Source: Anaeromyxobacteraceae bacterium (lineage in GTDB: Bacteria; Myxococcota; Myxococcia; Myxococcales; Anaeromyxobacteraceae). From it: DNA of 64,000 nucleotides. Under the pieces are notes generated by a model that was given only the letters and a program-made list of their open reading frames with translations, had not been told where the DNA came from and ran no database searches. How positions within the stretch are numbered: position 1 is the stretch's first letter; every line of letters starts with the position of its first letter. Below are positions 27,279 through 37,690 of this stretch, one piece after another. The DNA lies in the NCBI GenBank assembly GCA_047602405.1, contig JASGHJ010000002.1, positions 3,392,001 to 3,456,000 on the forward strand, read 5' to 3'. The position numbers were made by a program, and so were the translations under genes.

Positions 27279-28842
27279 GTGGCGACCAAGAAGCTCGGCG
27301 AGATCCTGGTGGCGCGCGGCGCGAGCACGCCCGCCCACGTCCACGAGGCCTTGCAGAACCAGGTCATCTTCGGCGGCCGCCTCGGCACGAACCTCCTCGA
27401 GCTCGAGGGCGTGACCGAGGCCGCGCTCGCCGAGGCGCTCCACGTTCGCTGGGGCGTGCCCGCGGTGCAGGGAGACGACCTCGAGCCGGACCCCGACGCG
27501 CTGGCGCTCATGACCCCCGACGTGGCCGATCGCTGGGACGCGATCCCGTTCGCGGTGCAGGACCGCAAGCTCGTCCTCGTCGCGGTCGCGCCGAGCGACT
27601 TCGGGATGCTCGACGAGGTCGCCTTCGCCACGAACAGGAACGTGGTCACGATGGTCGCGCCGGAGGCCCGGGTCTGGGCGCTCCTCAAGCGCCACTACGG
27701 CATCGACCGCCAGCTCCGCGGCATCGAGGTCGACTTCCAGCCCGGCGCGACGATCCGGCCGCCGCCGCGCGCCGAGGAGCGCACCGCCGCGACGGGCGGC
27801 GACCTGATGGATCAGGCGGAGTTCGACTCGCTCTACGCGGGCGTCGCCGGGCCGTCCGCGGGCGCGCCGCCGCTCGCGTCGCGCCCCGCCACCACGCCGA
27901 CGCCGACCGCGGCACCTCCGCGGCGACCGCCGGCCGGGATGCGGCCGAGGGCACCCGCCCCGGCCCCGCCGCCGCGCGCTCCCGCCCCGCCGCCGCGCCC
28001 GGTGGCCCAGGCCGCCCCTCCGCCCGCCCTTCGACCGGCTCAGGGCGAGCGGGACCTGCCGCCGGCCGACGACGTCATCGATCTCACCGAGCTCCTGGAG
28101 GCCGAGCCGGAGCCCGCGCTGCCACCGCCGGCGGCGCCGCCGCCGAGGCCGGCCGGCGCCCGCCCGATGACGCGCGCCACCGCGATGGCGCTGAAGGCCG
28201 TGCTCACCGGCGGCGCCGGCCCGGCCCGCCCGCGCCCGCCTCCGACGATGGTGCTCCCGGCCATCGACCCCGTCACGCTGAAGCCCGTGGATCAGCCCGC
28301 CGCCGCGCCCGCCGCCCCGGCGAGGCCGCCGCCGCGCGCGCCCGAGCCCGAGCCCACGCCGCTCGGCTTCCAGGAGGCCCTCGCCGCGCTCGCCGGGGTC
28401 GAGGACCGCGACCAGAATCGCGCGCACCGTGCTCCGCCATGCGCGCTCGCGGTTCCGCCGCGCGGTGCTCCTGCAGGTCCGGCGCGGCGCCGCGTGGGGC
28501 TGGGCCGGCCTCGGGGAGGGCCTCGCCGCGCCCGCGGTGCGCCGCATGAAGCTCGGCCTCGGCCAGCCCGGCGTGCTCGACACCGTCGTCTCGACGCGCG
28601 CGCACTTCCTGGGACCGCTCGGCAAGACCGAGGCGAACGTGCGCCTCCTGAAGCAGCTCGGGGGCGGCGTCCCGCGGAGCGCCATCCTGCTCCCGATCCT
28701 CGCGCAGGGACGGGTGGTGAACGTGCTCTACGCGGACATGGGGCGCGGCGAGCAGGTCGACCCGGCCGCCGTGGGTGACCTCCTCATCCTGGCGACCCGC
28801 ATCGCGCAGAGCTGGGACCGGCTGCTCTCGCGCGTCACGTAG
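27279..28842 (+). CDS. GspE/PilB N-terminal (MshEN-like) domain protein with Pro-rich linker and GAF-like C-terminus, no ATPase; +1 frameshift at about 28416
   Basis: KKLGEILV..ALQNQVIFGGRLGTNLLE. After correction it reads DRDQIARTVLRHAR..LLPILAQGRVVNVLYAD. Confidence 0.8.
28026..28053 (+). repeat. REP-like element, copy 3, translated in frame inside a CDS
   Basis: CCCTTCGACCGGCTCAGGGCGAGCGG encodes ALRPAQGER within the Pro-rich linker. Confidence 0.6.
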
Positions 28843-28971
28843 CCGGCCCCGACGTCGGGGAGGCGGCGGCCGGACCGCGGGTCGAGCCACGCGGCCCGGC
28901 ACGGGTCAGCCGCCCTGGGTGCGCAGCCACCGGGGTGGCACGCGCCCCGCTCGCGGCGCTCCTGTCCGCTC

Positions 28972-29543
28972 ATGGCGGCCGCCTTCGTTCCGGGCAGCGT
29001 CGAGCCCGCGACCGTGGTCGCCCCACGCGTGGTCGAGCCGGCGCCCGCGCCTCCCCACCCCCCGTGGTCGTCGCGGCCGCGCCGCCGCCGACCGCCTCGG
29101 CGCCGCCGCCCGAGCCCGAGCAGGCGCCCGCGCCAGTGCCCGCGCCGGCGCCCGTCCCCGCCGAGCCCGTGAAGGCCGTCCTCGAGGGCAACCGCATCGT
29201 CATCCTCGAGCAGGTCCACTTCGCGACCGGCAAGGACGTGATCCTCCCGGAGTCGAACGAGCTGTTGCGGCAGGTCGCGAGCATCCTCTCCACCCACCCG
29301 GAGATCGCGGGGGTCCGCGTCGAGGGGCACACGGACGACCAGGGCCGACCCGAGAAGAACCTCGACCTGTCGCGCCGTCGCGCCGCGAGCGTCCGCCAGC
29401 GGCTCGTCGCAGAGGGCATCGACGGCGCCCGCCTCGTGCCGGAGGGCTTCGGCCAGACCCGGCCGATCGTCCCGAACACCACCGCGACGGGCCGGGCGAA
29501 GAACCGGCGCGTCGAGTTCACCGTGTTGCCCGGGCAGCCGTAG
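28972..29543 (+). CDS. OmpA C-terminal (peptidoglycan-binding) domain protein without an evident signal peptide; probable frameshift near 29055
   Basis: ILEQVHFATGK, VEGHTDDQG, NLDLSRRRA and NRRVEF, preceded by a Pro/Ala linker. The start is uncertain. Confidence 0.75.
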
Positions 29544-29790
29544 CCCTCCCTGTCTCCGGACGCCCCGGGCCGCCGCGCGCCGCGGGGCGTTCACGGTCCC
29601 GTCCCGGGACCGTGTGCACGTCGAGTCCTGGTGATTTCGTCGATGTGTTGGACCCTGGAGCGCCCGGTAGGGGCTCGCTGGGCAGTGTACCCACCCTGGG
29701 GGGTACCTCCCTTTTGACACTCGGTGCTAGGGGTAGGTCTCAGGCCCACACGCCAGCGACTCAACGGTCTCGAAGTGGCCAGGGAGCCGG

Positions 29791-32700
29791 ATGTCTCCCA
29801 GCGCGCCTCGCGCCCTCGCGGCGCTCGCCGCCGCGCTCGCCCTCACCTCGTGCGGCGGGTCGGGACCCGCTCGCCCGCTCGCCACCGAGGCGCAGGCGCT
29901 CGACTACACCATCATCACCACCGTCGGCCTCGGCGGCGGCACGGTCGTCTGCACGCCCAACCCCGTCCCCGAGGGCGGCTCCGCGACGTGCGCCATCACG
30001 CCGGACCCCGCGCACCACGTCGTCGACGTGGTCGTCGACGGCGTCTCGCAGGGGCCCATCACCTCCTACCCGTTCGCGAACGTCGTCGCTGCGCACACGC
30101 TCGACGCGACCTTCGCGATCGACACGTTCACGGTCACGCCCAGCGCCGGCCCGAACGGCTCCATCTCGCCGTCGACCGTGCAGACGGTGAACCACGGCGG
30201 CAGCGTGGGGTTCACCATCGCGCCGGTCGCGAATCACCAGGTGGCCGACGTGCTGGTGGACGGGAGCTCGGTGGGCGCGGTCACGAGCTACACCTTCACC
30301 AACGTCACCGCGAACCACACCATCGCGGCGTCGTTCGCGATCAGCACGTACACCATCGCGCCGAGCGCCGGCGCGAACGGCTCCATCTCGCCGGCGACCA
30401 CGCAGACCGTGAGCCACGGCGGCAGCGCCACCTTCACCCTCACCCCGGACACCGGCTACCACGTCGCCGACGTCCTCGTGGACGGCGGCTCCGTCGGCGC
30501 CGTCACGAGCTACACCTTCTCGGGCGTCACGGCGAACCACACCATCGCGGCGACGTTCGCGATCAACACGTACACGATCACGCCCAGCGCGGGTGCGAAC
30601 GGGTCCATCTCGCCGGCGACCGTCCAGACCGTCGACCACGGTTCGAGTGCCACCTTCACCTTCACGCCGACCACGGGCTACCACGTCGCGTCGGTCACCG
30701 TGGACGGCTCCGCGGTGGCGGTCGCGTCGAGCTACGCCTTCACGAACGTCAGCGCCAACCACACCATCGCGGTCGCCTTCGCGATCGACACGTTCACCAT
30801 CACTGCCTCGGCCGGCGCGAACGGGTCCATCTCGCCGAGCGGTGCGGTGGGCGTGAGCTACGGCGGCAACCAGACCTTCACCTTCACGCCGGCCACCGGC
30901 TGTCACGTCGCGTCGGTCACCGTGGATGGCGCCAGCGTCGCCGTCGCCCCGAGCTACGCCTTCACGAACGTCACCGCGAACCACACCATCTCGGCGTCGT
31001 TCGCGATCAACACGTACACGATCACGCCCAGCGCGGGTGCGAACGGCTCCATCTCGCCGTCGACCGTCCAGACCGTCGACCACGGTTCGAGCGCCGCCTT
31101 CATCTTCACGCCGACCACCGGCTATCACGTCGCGTCGGTCCTCGTGGACGGCGCCGCCGTCGCGATCGCGTCGAGCTACGCCTTCACGAACGTCACCGCC
31201 AACCACACCATCGCGGTCACCTTCGCCATCGACACCTTCACCATCACCGCCTCCGCCGGCGCGAACGGCTCCATCTCGCCGAGCGGCGCGGTGGGCGTGA
31301 GCTACGGCGGCAACCAGACCTTCACCTTCACGCCGACCACGGGCTACCACGTGGCCACGGTCACCGTGGACGGCTCCGCGGTCGCCGTCGCCTCGAGCTA
31401 CGCCTTCACGAACGTCACGGCGAACCGCACCATCGCGGTCACCTTTGCCATCGACACGTTCACCATCACCGCCTCGGCCGGCGCGAACGGCTCCATCTCG
31501 CCGAGCGGCGCCGTGGGCGTGAGCTACGGCGGCAACCAGACCTTCACCTTCACGCCGGCCACTGGCTACCACGTCGCCGCGGTCACCGTGGACGGCTCCG
31601 CGGTCGCCGTCGCCTCGAGCTACGCGTTCACGAACGTCACCGCGAACCACACCATCTCGGCGTCGTTCGCGATCAACACGTACACGATCACGCCCAGCGC
31701 GGGTGCGAACGGGTCCATCTCGCCGGCGACCGTCCAGACCGTCGACCACGGCTCGAGCGCCACCTTCACCTTCACGCCGGCCACCGGCTACCACGTCGCC
31801 TCCATCACCGTGGACGGCGCCGGCGTCGCGGTCGCCCCGAGCTACGCCTTCACGAACGTCACCGCCAACCACTCCATCGCGGTCACCTTCGCGCTCGACA
31901 CCTTCACCATCACCGCCTCCGCCGGCGCGAACGGCTCCATCTCGCCGAGCGGCGCCGTGGGCGTGAGCTACGGCGGCAACCCGACCTTCACCTTCACGCC
32001 GGCCACGGGCTACCACGTCGCCACCATCACCGTGGACGGCGCCGCCGTCGCCGTCGCGTCGAGCTACGCGTTCACGAACGTCACGGCGAACCACTCCATC
32101 GCGGTCACCTTCGCGCTCGACACCTTCACCATCACCGCCTCGGCCGGCGCGAACGGCTCCATCTCGCCGAGCGGCGCGGTGGGCGTGAGCTACGGCGGCA
32201 CCCAGACCTTCACCTTCACCCCGGCCACCGGCTACCACGTGGCCACGGTCACCGTGGACGGCTCCGCGGTCGCCGTCCCCTCGAGCTACGCCTTCACGAA
32301 CGTCACCGCCAACCACTCCATCGTGGTGACCTTCGCGATCGACACCTTCACCATCACCGCCTCCGCCGGCCCGAACGGGAGCATCTCACCCTCCGGCGCG
32401 GTCCCGGTGAACTACGGCGCGGCGCAGGTGTTCACCTTCACGCCCGCCGGCGGGTACCACGTGGCGGACGTGCTCGTGGACGGCTTCTCCATCGGCGCGG
32501 TGACGAGCTACACGTTCACCCTCGTCACCTCGGCGCACACCATCACGGTCTCGTTCGCCATCAACACCTACACGATCACGCCGAGCGTCACCGGCGCGAA
32601 CGGGACCATCTCGCCGTCGACCGCGCAGATGGTGAACCACGGCTCGAGCGCCACCTTCACCTTCACCCCGAGCACCGGCTACCACGTGGCGAGCGTCACC

Positions 32701-35700
32701 GTGGACGGCGTCGCCGCCGCCGTCGGCCCGAGCTACACGTTCACCGCGGTCGCGGCGAACCACTCCATCGCGGTGAGCTTCGCGATCGACACCTTCACGC
32801 TCACGCCGAGCGCCGGGGCGAACGGCGCGATCGCGCCCGCCACCGCGCAGATCGTCAGCTACGGCGGCAGCCTCACCTTCACGATCACCCCGGCGACCGG
32901 CCACCACGTCGCGACGCTCACCGTCGACGGGGTCGCCGTCGCGATCGCCTCGAGCTACACCTTCACGAACGTCACCGCGAGTCACACGCTCGCGGCCACC
33001 TTCGCCATCGACACCTTCACCATCACCGCCTCCGCGGGCGCGAACGGCGCCATCGCGCCGAGCGGGGCGGTGATCGTGAACCACGGCGCGAGCCAGGCGT
33101 TCACGCTCACGCCCGCGGCCGGCTACCGGGTCGCGACGCTCACCGTGGACGGCACCGCGGTCGCGGCCGCCACGGGCTACACGTTCACGAACGTCACGGC
33201 CAGCCACACCATCGCCGGGACCTTCACGAAGGCGAACGGGACGGCCTGCGCGGCCGCCGCCGAGTGCGGCTCGGGCCTGTGCGTCGACGGCGTGTGCTGC
33301 GACCTCGCCTGCGGCGGGCAGTGCCAGGCCTGCGACGTCGCGGGCAAGGGGGGCACCTGCTCGGCGGTGACCGGCGCCCCCCACGGCACCCGCGCGGCCT
33401 GCGTCACCGACGGCACGACGTGCGGCGGCAGCTGCGACGGCACGCTCGCGACGGCCTGCACCTACCCCACGAGCTCCTGCCGGACGGCGAGCTGCGCGGC
33501 CGGCGTGGCGACGCTCGCGGCCGCCTGCGACGGCGCCGGGCGCTGCCCTGCGCTCCAGACGGTCACCTGCGCGCCGTTCACCTGCGGCCCGACCGCGTGC
33601 GCGGGCGACTGCACCGTCGACGCGAACTGCTCGACGAGCGCGTACTGCGCCGCCGGCGTCTGCACGCCCAAGAAGGTGGCGGGCCTCGCCTGCGGCGGCG
33701 CGAACCAGTGCTCGAGCGGGTTCTGCGTGGACGGCGTCTGCTGCAACGGCACGTGCGACAGGCAGTGCCAGGCGTGCGACGTCGCCGGCAAGGTCGGCAC
33801 CTGCTCCGCGGTCACCGGCGCGCCGCACGGCGCGCGCGCGGCCTGCGCGAGCGACGGCTCGACGTGCGGCGGCGCCTGCGACGGCTCCGTCACCACCGCG
33901 TGCGCGTTCCCCACCTCCACCTGCCGCGCCGCGTCCTGCGCCGACGGGACCGCGACGATCGCCGCGGCGTGCGACGGCGCCGGCCACTGCCCGGCGGTGC
34001 AGACGGTCGCCTGCGCGCCGTACGTCTGTGGCCCGACCGCCTGCGCGGGCGGCTGCACCGGCGACGACGCGTGCGTCTCGACGAGCTTCTGCGGCGGCGG
34101 GGTCTGCAGGCCGAAGTTGCAGCTCGGCCTCGCCTGCGGCCGCGACGGCGAGTGCGCCGGGGGCCGCTGCGTGGATGGCGTCTGCTGCGACGGCGTGTGC
34201 GACGGGCAGTGCGAGGCCTGCAATCTGCAGGGCCAGCTCGGCGCCTGCAAGGCCGTCGCGGGCGCCCCGCACGGCGGCCGCCCCGCCTGCGCCTCCGACG
34301 GGACGCTCTGCGGCGGCGCCTGCGACGCGACGCTGCGCACCGCCTGCGCGTTCCCGGGCGCGCTCACCTCCTGCCGCGACGCCTCCTGCGACGGTGGCGT
34401 CGCCACGCTCGCCGCGGTCTGCGACGGCGCCGGCCACTGCCCGGCGGTCGAGACCCGCCTCTGTGAGCCGTACGTCTGCGGCCCCACCGCGTGCGCCGGA
34501 GACTGCGCCGGCGACGCCCACTGCGTGGAGGGCGACTGGTGCTCGGCGGGCGTGTGCGCGCCGCGTGGCGCCGACGGCGCGGGCTGCGGCGTGGCGAACG
34601 CGTGCGCGTCGGGCATCTGCGTCGCCGGGACCTGCTGCCACTCCGACTGCCCCGGCCCGGACCAGGCCTGCAACCTCCCAGGCCACCAGGGCACCTGCAC
34701 GGCGCTCGCGGCGGTCGGATGCCGGGCCGACGCCGACTGCCCCTCGGACGCGTTCTGCCTGGCCGGCGCCTGCCACCCGCGCGACGACGGCGCCGCCTTC
34801 CGGGTCGGCGGCTCGGGCGGCTGCGCGTCCACCGGCGCAAGCGACGCCGCCCCGCCGGTCCTCGCGCTGCTCGCGCTCCTCGGGCTGCGCCGCCGGCGGC
34901 GCGCGGGCCAGGCGCTGCTCGCCGTCGCCGGGCTCGCCCTCGCGGGCGCGGCCTCGGCGCAGACCGCCGCCCAGGGCGGCTTCGTGGTCGACCGGTTCCA
35001 GCCGCGCTTCGGCGCCGCCGACGTCCTCGCGGTGGAGTCGCCGTCGGTGCCCGGGACGCACCTGCAGGTCGGGGCCGGGCTGTGGCTCGACTTCGCGGAC
35101 CGGCCGCTGCGCCTCTGGGCGAAGGACGCCGCCTCCTACGAGGTCGCGCTCGTGTCGAACCAGGCCGTGGCGAACCTCGGGGCCTCGGTCGCGCTCCGGG
35201 GGAGGTACGAGCTCGCGCTCGCGATCCCCGCGACGCTCGCGCAGTCCGGCGAGCGGACCGCGGCGTTCACCGGGCTGCCCGAGCCCACGTCCGGCGCCGC
35301 CCTCTCGGACGTCCGCCTCTCCGGGAAGGCGCGCCTGTGGCGGCTCGGCCCCGTGACGCTCGGCGCCGGGCTGGCGCTCTCCCTGCCGACCGGCAGCGGC
35401 GCGTACCGCGCCGCGACCGGCCCGACCGCGGGCGCGACCGCGCTCGCCGAGTGGACGCGCGGCCGCCTCCGCGTGCTCGGGAACGCCGGCGTCGTCGGGC
35501 GTCGGAAGCAGCAGCTCCTCGACCTCACCGTGTCCTCGGCGGTCGCGCTCGCCGCCGCCGCGGAGTGGCGCTTCTCGCCTGCGCTCTCGGGCCTCGCCGC
35601 CCTGAACGCGGAGGCCGGGCTCGGGGGCGGCGGAGCGGCCTGGCCAGCCGAGGCGCAGCTCGCGCTGCGCTGGGACGGCCCGCGCGGGCTCGTGCTCACC

Positions 35701-36324
35701 GCCGGCGCCGGGGCCGGGCTGACGAGCGGCTTCGGCGCGCCGCGCTGGCGGGGGCTCGCGGCCATCGCGTTCTCCCCGGCGTGGCCCCGCCCGCGGGATC
35801 CGGACGAGATCGTGGCGTTGCCCGCGCCCGCCGCGCCCGAGGCCGGACCACCCCCGGCGCCGGTCCCGGGGCCGCCGCCGTCGGCCGTCGCGCCGCCCGA
35901 GCACCCCCTCGACCTCACCCACATCGACCCGCCCCGGCCCTCGCCCGGCGTGAAGGCGCTCCTCCACGGCTGGCGCATCGTGCTCTTCGAGCAGGTGCAG
36001 TTCGCCCCCGGGCGCGAGGCGCTCCTGCCCGCCTCGGGCGAGCTCCTCCGCCAGGTGGCGCAGATCCTCAAGGACAACCCGCAGATCCGGTTCGTGCAGA
36101 TCGAGGGGCACACCGACGACTCGGGCGAGCTCGTCGCGAATGAGCGGCTCTCCCAGCGCCGGGCCGAGAAGGTGCGGGACTTCCTCGTGGGCGTCGGCGT
36201 CGCCGCCGGCCGCCTCGAGCCGCGGGGCTTCGGCCCGACCCGGCCCATCGCGCCGAACGACACGTCCGAGGGGCGCGCCCAGAACCGCCGGGTCGAGTTC
36301 GTGATCCTCGAGACCAGCCGGTAG
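29791..36324 (+). CDS. 2177-aa surface lipoprotein: 15 Ig-like (InlB-B/Flg_new-type) repeats, Cys-rich repeats, internal MYXO-CTERM, second signal peptide, beta-barrel and OmpA domain (AgmC/TraA-TraB-like)
   Basis: Lipobox LTSC; repeats TITASAGANGSISP..GYHV..VDG..YTFTNVTANHTI; CVDGVCC repeats; GGSGGCASTG..LALLALLGLRRRRR; ALLAVAGLALAGAASA-Q; IEGHTDD..NRRVEF. Confidence 0.9.
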   Translation: MSPSAPRALAALAAALALTSCGGSGPARPLATEAQALDYTIITTVGLGGGTVVCTPNPVPEGGSATCAITPDPAHHVVDVVVDGVSQGPITSYPFANVVAAHTLDATFAIDTFTVTPSAGPNGSISPSTVQTVNHGGSVGFTIAPVANHQVADVLVDGSSVGAVTSYTFTNVTANHTIAASFAISTYTIAPSAGANGSISPATTQTVSHGGSATFTLTPDTGYHVADVLVDGGSVGAVTSYTFSGVTANHTIAATFAINTYTITPSAGANGSISPATVQTVDHGSSATFTFTPTTGYHVASVTVDGSAVAVASSYAFTNVSANHTIAVAFAIDTFTITASAGANGSISPSGAVGVSYGGNQTFTFTPATGCHVASVTVDGASVAVAPSYAFTNVTANHTISASFAINTYTITPSAGANGSISPSTVQTVDHGSSAAFIFTPTTGYHVASVLVDGAAVAIASSYAFTNVTANHTIAVTFAIDTFTITASAGANGSISPSGAVGVSYGGNQTFTFTPTTGYHVATVTVDGSAVAVASSYAFTNVTANRTIAVTFAIDTFTITASAGANGSISPSGAVGVSYGGNQTFTFTPATGYHVAAVTVDGSAVAVASSYAFTNVTANHTISASFAINTYTITPSAGANGSISPATVQTVDHGSSATFTFTPATGYHVASITVDGAGVAVAPSYAFTNVTANHSIAVTFALDTFTITASAGANGSISPSGAVGVSYGGNPTFTFTPATGYHVATITVDGAAVAVASSYAFTNVTANHSIAVTFALDTFTITASAGANGSISPSGAVGVSYGGTQTFTFTPATGYHVATVTVDGSAVAVPSSYAFTNVTANHSIVVTFAIDTFTITASAGPNGSISPSGAVPVNYGAAQVFTFTPAGGYHVADVLVDGFSIGAVTSYTFTLVTSAHTITVSFAINTYTITPSVTGANGTISPSTAQMVNHGSSATFTFTPSTGYHVASVTVDGVAAAVGPSYTFTAVAANHSIAVSFAIDTFTLTPSAGANGAIAPATAQIVSYGGSLTFTITPATGHHVATLTVDGVAVAIASSYTFTNVTASHTLAATFAIDTFTITASAGANGAIAPSGAVIVNHGASQAFTLTPAAGYRVATLTVDGTAVAAATGYTFTNVTASHTIAGTFTKANGTACAAAAECGSGLCVDGVCCDLACGGQCQACDVAGKGGTCSAVTGAPHGTRAACVTDGTTCGGSCDGTLATACTYPTSSCRTASCAAGVATLAAACDGAGRCPALQTVTCAPFTCGPTACAGDCTVDANCSTSAYCAAGVCTPKKVAGLACGGANQCSSGFCVDGVCCNGTCDRQCQACDVAGKVGTCSAVTGAPHGARAACASDGSTCGGACDGSVTTACAFPTSTCRAASCADGTATIAAACDGAGHCPAVQTVACAPYVCGPTACAGGCTGDDACVSTSFCGGGVCRPKLQLGLACGRDGECAGGRCVDGVCCDGVCDGQCEACNLQGQLGACKAVAGAPHGGRPACASDGTLCGGACDATLRTACAFPGALTSCRDASCDGGVATLAAVCDGAGHCPAVETRLCEPYVCGPTACAGDCAGDAHCVEGDWCSAGVCAPRGADGAGCGVANACASGICVAGTCCHSDCPGPDQACNLPGHQGTCTALAAVGCRADADCPSDAFCLAGACHPRDDGAAFRVGGSGGCASTGASDAAPPVLALLALLGLRRRRRAGQALLAVAGLALAGAASAQTAAQGGFVVDRFQPRFGAADVLAVESPSVPGTHLQVGAGLWLDFADRPLRLWAKDAASYEVALVSNQAVANLGASVALRGRYELALAIPATLAQSGERTAAFTGLPEPTSGAALSDVRLSGKARLWRLGPVTLGAGLALSLPTGSGAYRAATGPTAGATALAEWTRGRLRVLGNAGVVGRRKQQLLDLTVSSAVALAAAAEWRFSPALSGLAALNAEAGLGGGGAAWPAEAQLALRWDGPRGLVLTAGAGAGLTSGFGAPRWRGLAAIAFSPAWPRPRDPDEIVALPAPAAPEAGPPPAPVPGPPPSAVAPPEHPLDLTHIDPPRPSPGVKALLHGWRIVLFEQVQFAPGREALLPASGELLRQVAQILKDNPQIRFVQIEGHTDDSGELVANERLSQRRAEKVRDFLVGVGVAAGRLEPRGFGPTRPIAPNDTSEGRAQNRRVEFVILETSR
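29902..33230 (+). repeat. 15 tandem coding repeats of about 222 bp (74 aa)
   Basis: Counted from the translation. Two subtypes (NTYTITPSAG..QTVDHGSS and DTFTITASAG..GVSYGG) interleave. Confidence 0.9.
33230..34785 (+). repeat. Three full (about 148 aa) and one partial Cys-rich coding repeats
   Basis: Recurring G-x-A-C..C-x-x-G-x-CVDGVCC..CQAC..GAPHG-x-R-x-AC..CDGAG-x-CP..CGPTACAG. Confidence 0.85.
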
Positions 36325-36352
36325 CGCTGCCGCCCGGCCCCCCGCGCCAGCT

Positions 36353-36964
36353 TCACCTGGAGTCGACGGCGGCCGGCGGATGCGCCGGCAGGAGGAGATC
36401 CTCCAGGAAGAACGCGGCGAGCTCGGCCCGGCCGGAGAGGCCCGCCTTGCGGTAGACCGCGAGCGCCTGCTGGCGCACGGTGCGCTCGCTCGTCTCGCGG
36501 ACCTCGGCGATCTGCTTCGTGGGCAGGCCCTTGAGCAGGAGCAGCGCGACCTCCGCCTCCGCGGAGGAGAGCCCCCAGCGCTCGAACTGGCGCTCTATCG
36601 CGGCCGCGAGGCCGCGCATGGCCTCGCCGGACTCGGTGCGGAAGCGGTCGAGGTCCTCGCGCGCGCGGTCGAGCTCCGTGCGCACCCGGGTGAGCCGGGC
36701 GTCGAGCGCGGACGCGCGGCGCCGGAGCGCCCGCAGCCTGAGCCAGAGGAAGAGGGCGCCCGCCACCGCCAGCGCCATCGAGGCGGCCTCGACGAGCACG
36801 TGCTGGACCGGGCTCCCCGCGCGGAGGTCCGAGACCACGTCTCCGGCGATGAGGACGGTCACGATGACGAGGAGGACGGCGGGAACGGCGAGGACGGAGG
36901 GGCGGAGCGACTCCTCCTCGTCCTGCAAGATGTCGGGATCTGTGGAGGAAATGGGCTGTGTCAT
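36353..36964 (-). CDS. Membrane-anchored LuxR-family HTH regulator
   Basis: Two TM helices, a coiled coil, then WGLSSAEAEVALLLLKG..KQIAEVRETSERTVRQQ. Confidence 0.88.
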   Translation of the reverse strand: MTQPISSTDPDILQDEEESLRPSVLAVPAVLLVIVTVLIAGDVVSDLRAGSPVQHVLVEAASMALAVAGALFLWLRLRALRRRASALDARLTRVRTELDRAREDLDRFRTESGEAMRGLAAAIERQFERWGLSSAEAEVALLLLKGLPTKQIAEVRETSERTVRQQALAVYRKAGLSGRAELAAFFLEDLLLPAHPPAAVDSR

Positions 36965-37041
36965 CTGTCGGATGGCGCGGGACCTCGCCCGGACGCTAAC
37001 GATGGCGCGTTGCCGGGACCACCGCGCCCGAGGAGATCGAG

Positions 37042-37537
37042 ATGCAGACCGTACCGCTCCACCCCGCCATCGTCCACGTGCCGCTCGGGCTGGCCTTCGT
37101 CATCCCGCTCGTCGCCGCCGCGATCGCCGTCGCCGTCCAGCGGCAGCGGCTCCCCCGCAGCGCCCTCGCGGTCGTCGTGGGCCTGCAGCTGGTGGTCGCC
37201 GGAGGCGGGTTCGTGGCCATGGCCGTCGGCGACCGCGAGGCACACCGCGTCGAGGCCGTCGTGGGCGAGCCGGCCGTGGAGGTCCACGAGGAGCGCGCCG
37301 AGCTCTTCGTCTGGTCCTCGGTCGCGGTCCTCGTCGCGGCCACGGCGCTCCTCGTCGTGCCCGCTCGCGCGCTCGGCGCGCTCTCCGCTGCCGTGGTCAT
37401 CGGCTCCGCCGGCGTCGCCGCGCTCGGCGTCCGCGCCGGCCACGCCGGCGGACAGAATCGTCTACACGCACGGCGGCGCCGCCGCGTTCGGCGCGCGTGC
37501 TCCGCCCGCCGCCGTCGCCGCCGAGCACGACGACTGA
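37042..37537 (+). CDS. DUF2231-like membrane protein with a +1 frameshift at about 37456
   Basis: GGAG RBS; LHPAIVHVPLGL and HEERA. The corrected end reads GHAGGQIVYTHGGAAA..EHDD. Confidence 0.75.
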
Positions 37538-37690
37538 ACGTTCGAGGCCTCCCGCGAGCGCCACCCCGGCCGCCCCCTCCTCCCCCTTGGAACGCGGTCG
37601 GGGTGGCCTCGCGGGTCTTCAACCGCGCGCGATTTCCTTGCGCCCCGGACCTCCCGGCGGTTCTCTTTCGAGGACACCCGGAGGTCACCC

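Noticed and set aside
29714..29745. TTGACA as a sigma-70 promoter for the giant protein
   Set aside because: There is no convincing -10 element at 16-18 bp spacing.
29902..33230. Long regular repeat array as a possible CRISPR
   Set aside because: The units are ~222-bp in-frame coding repeats without unique spacers, and there are no cas genes.
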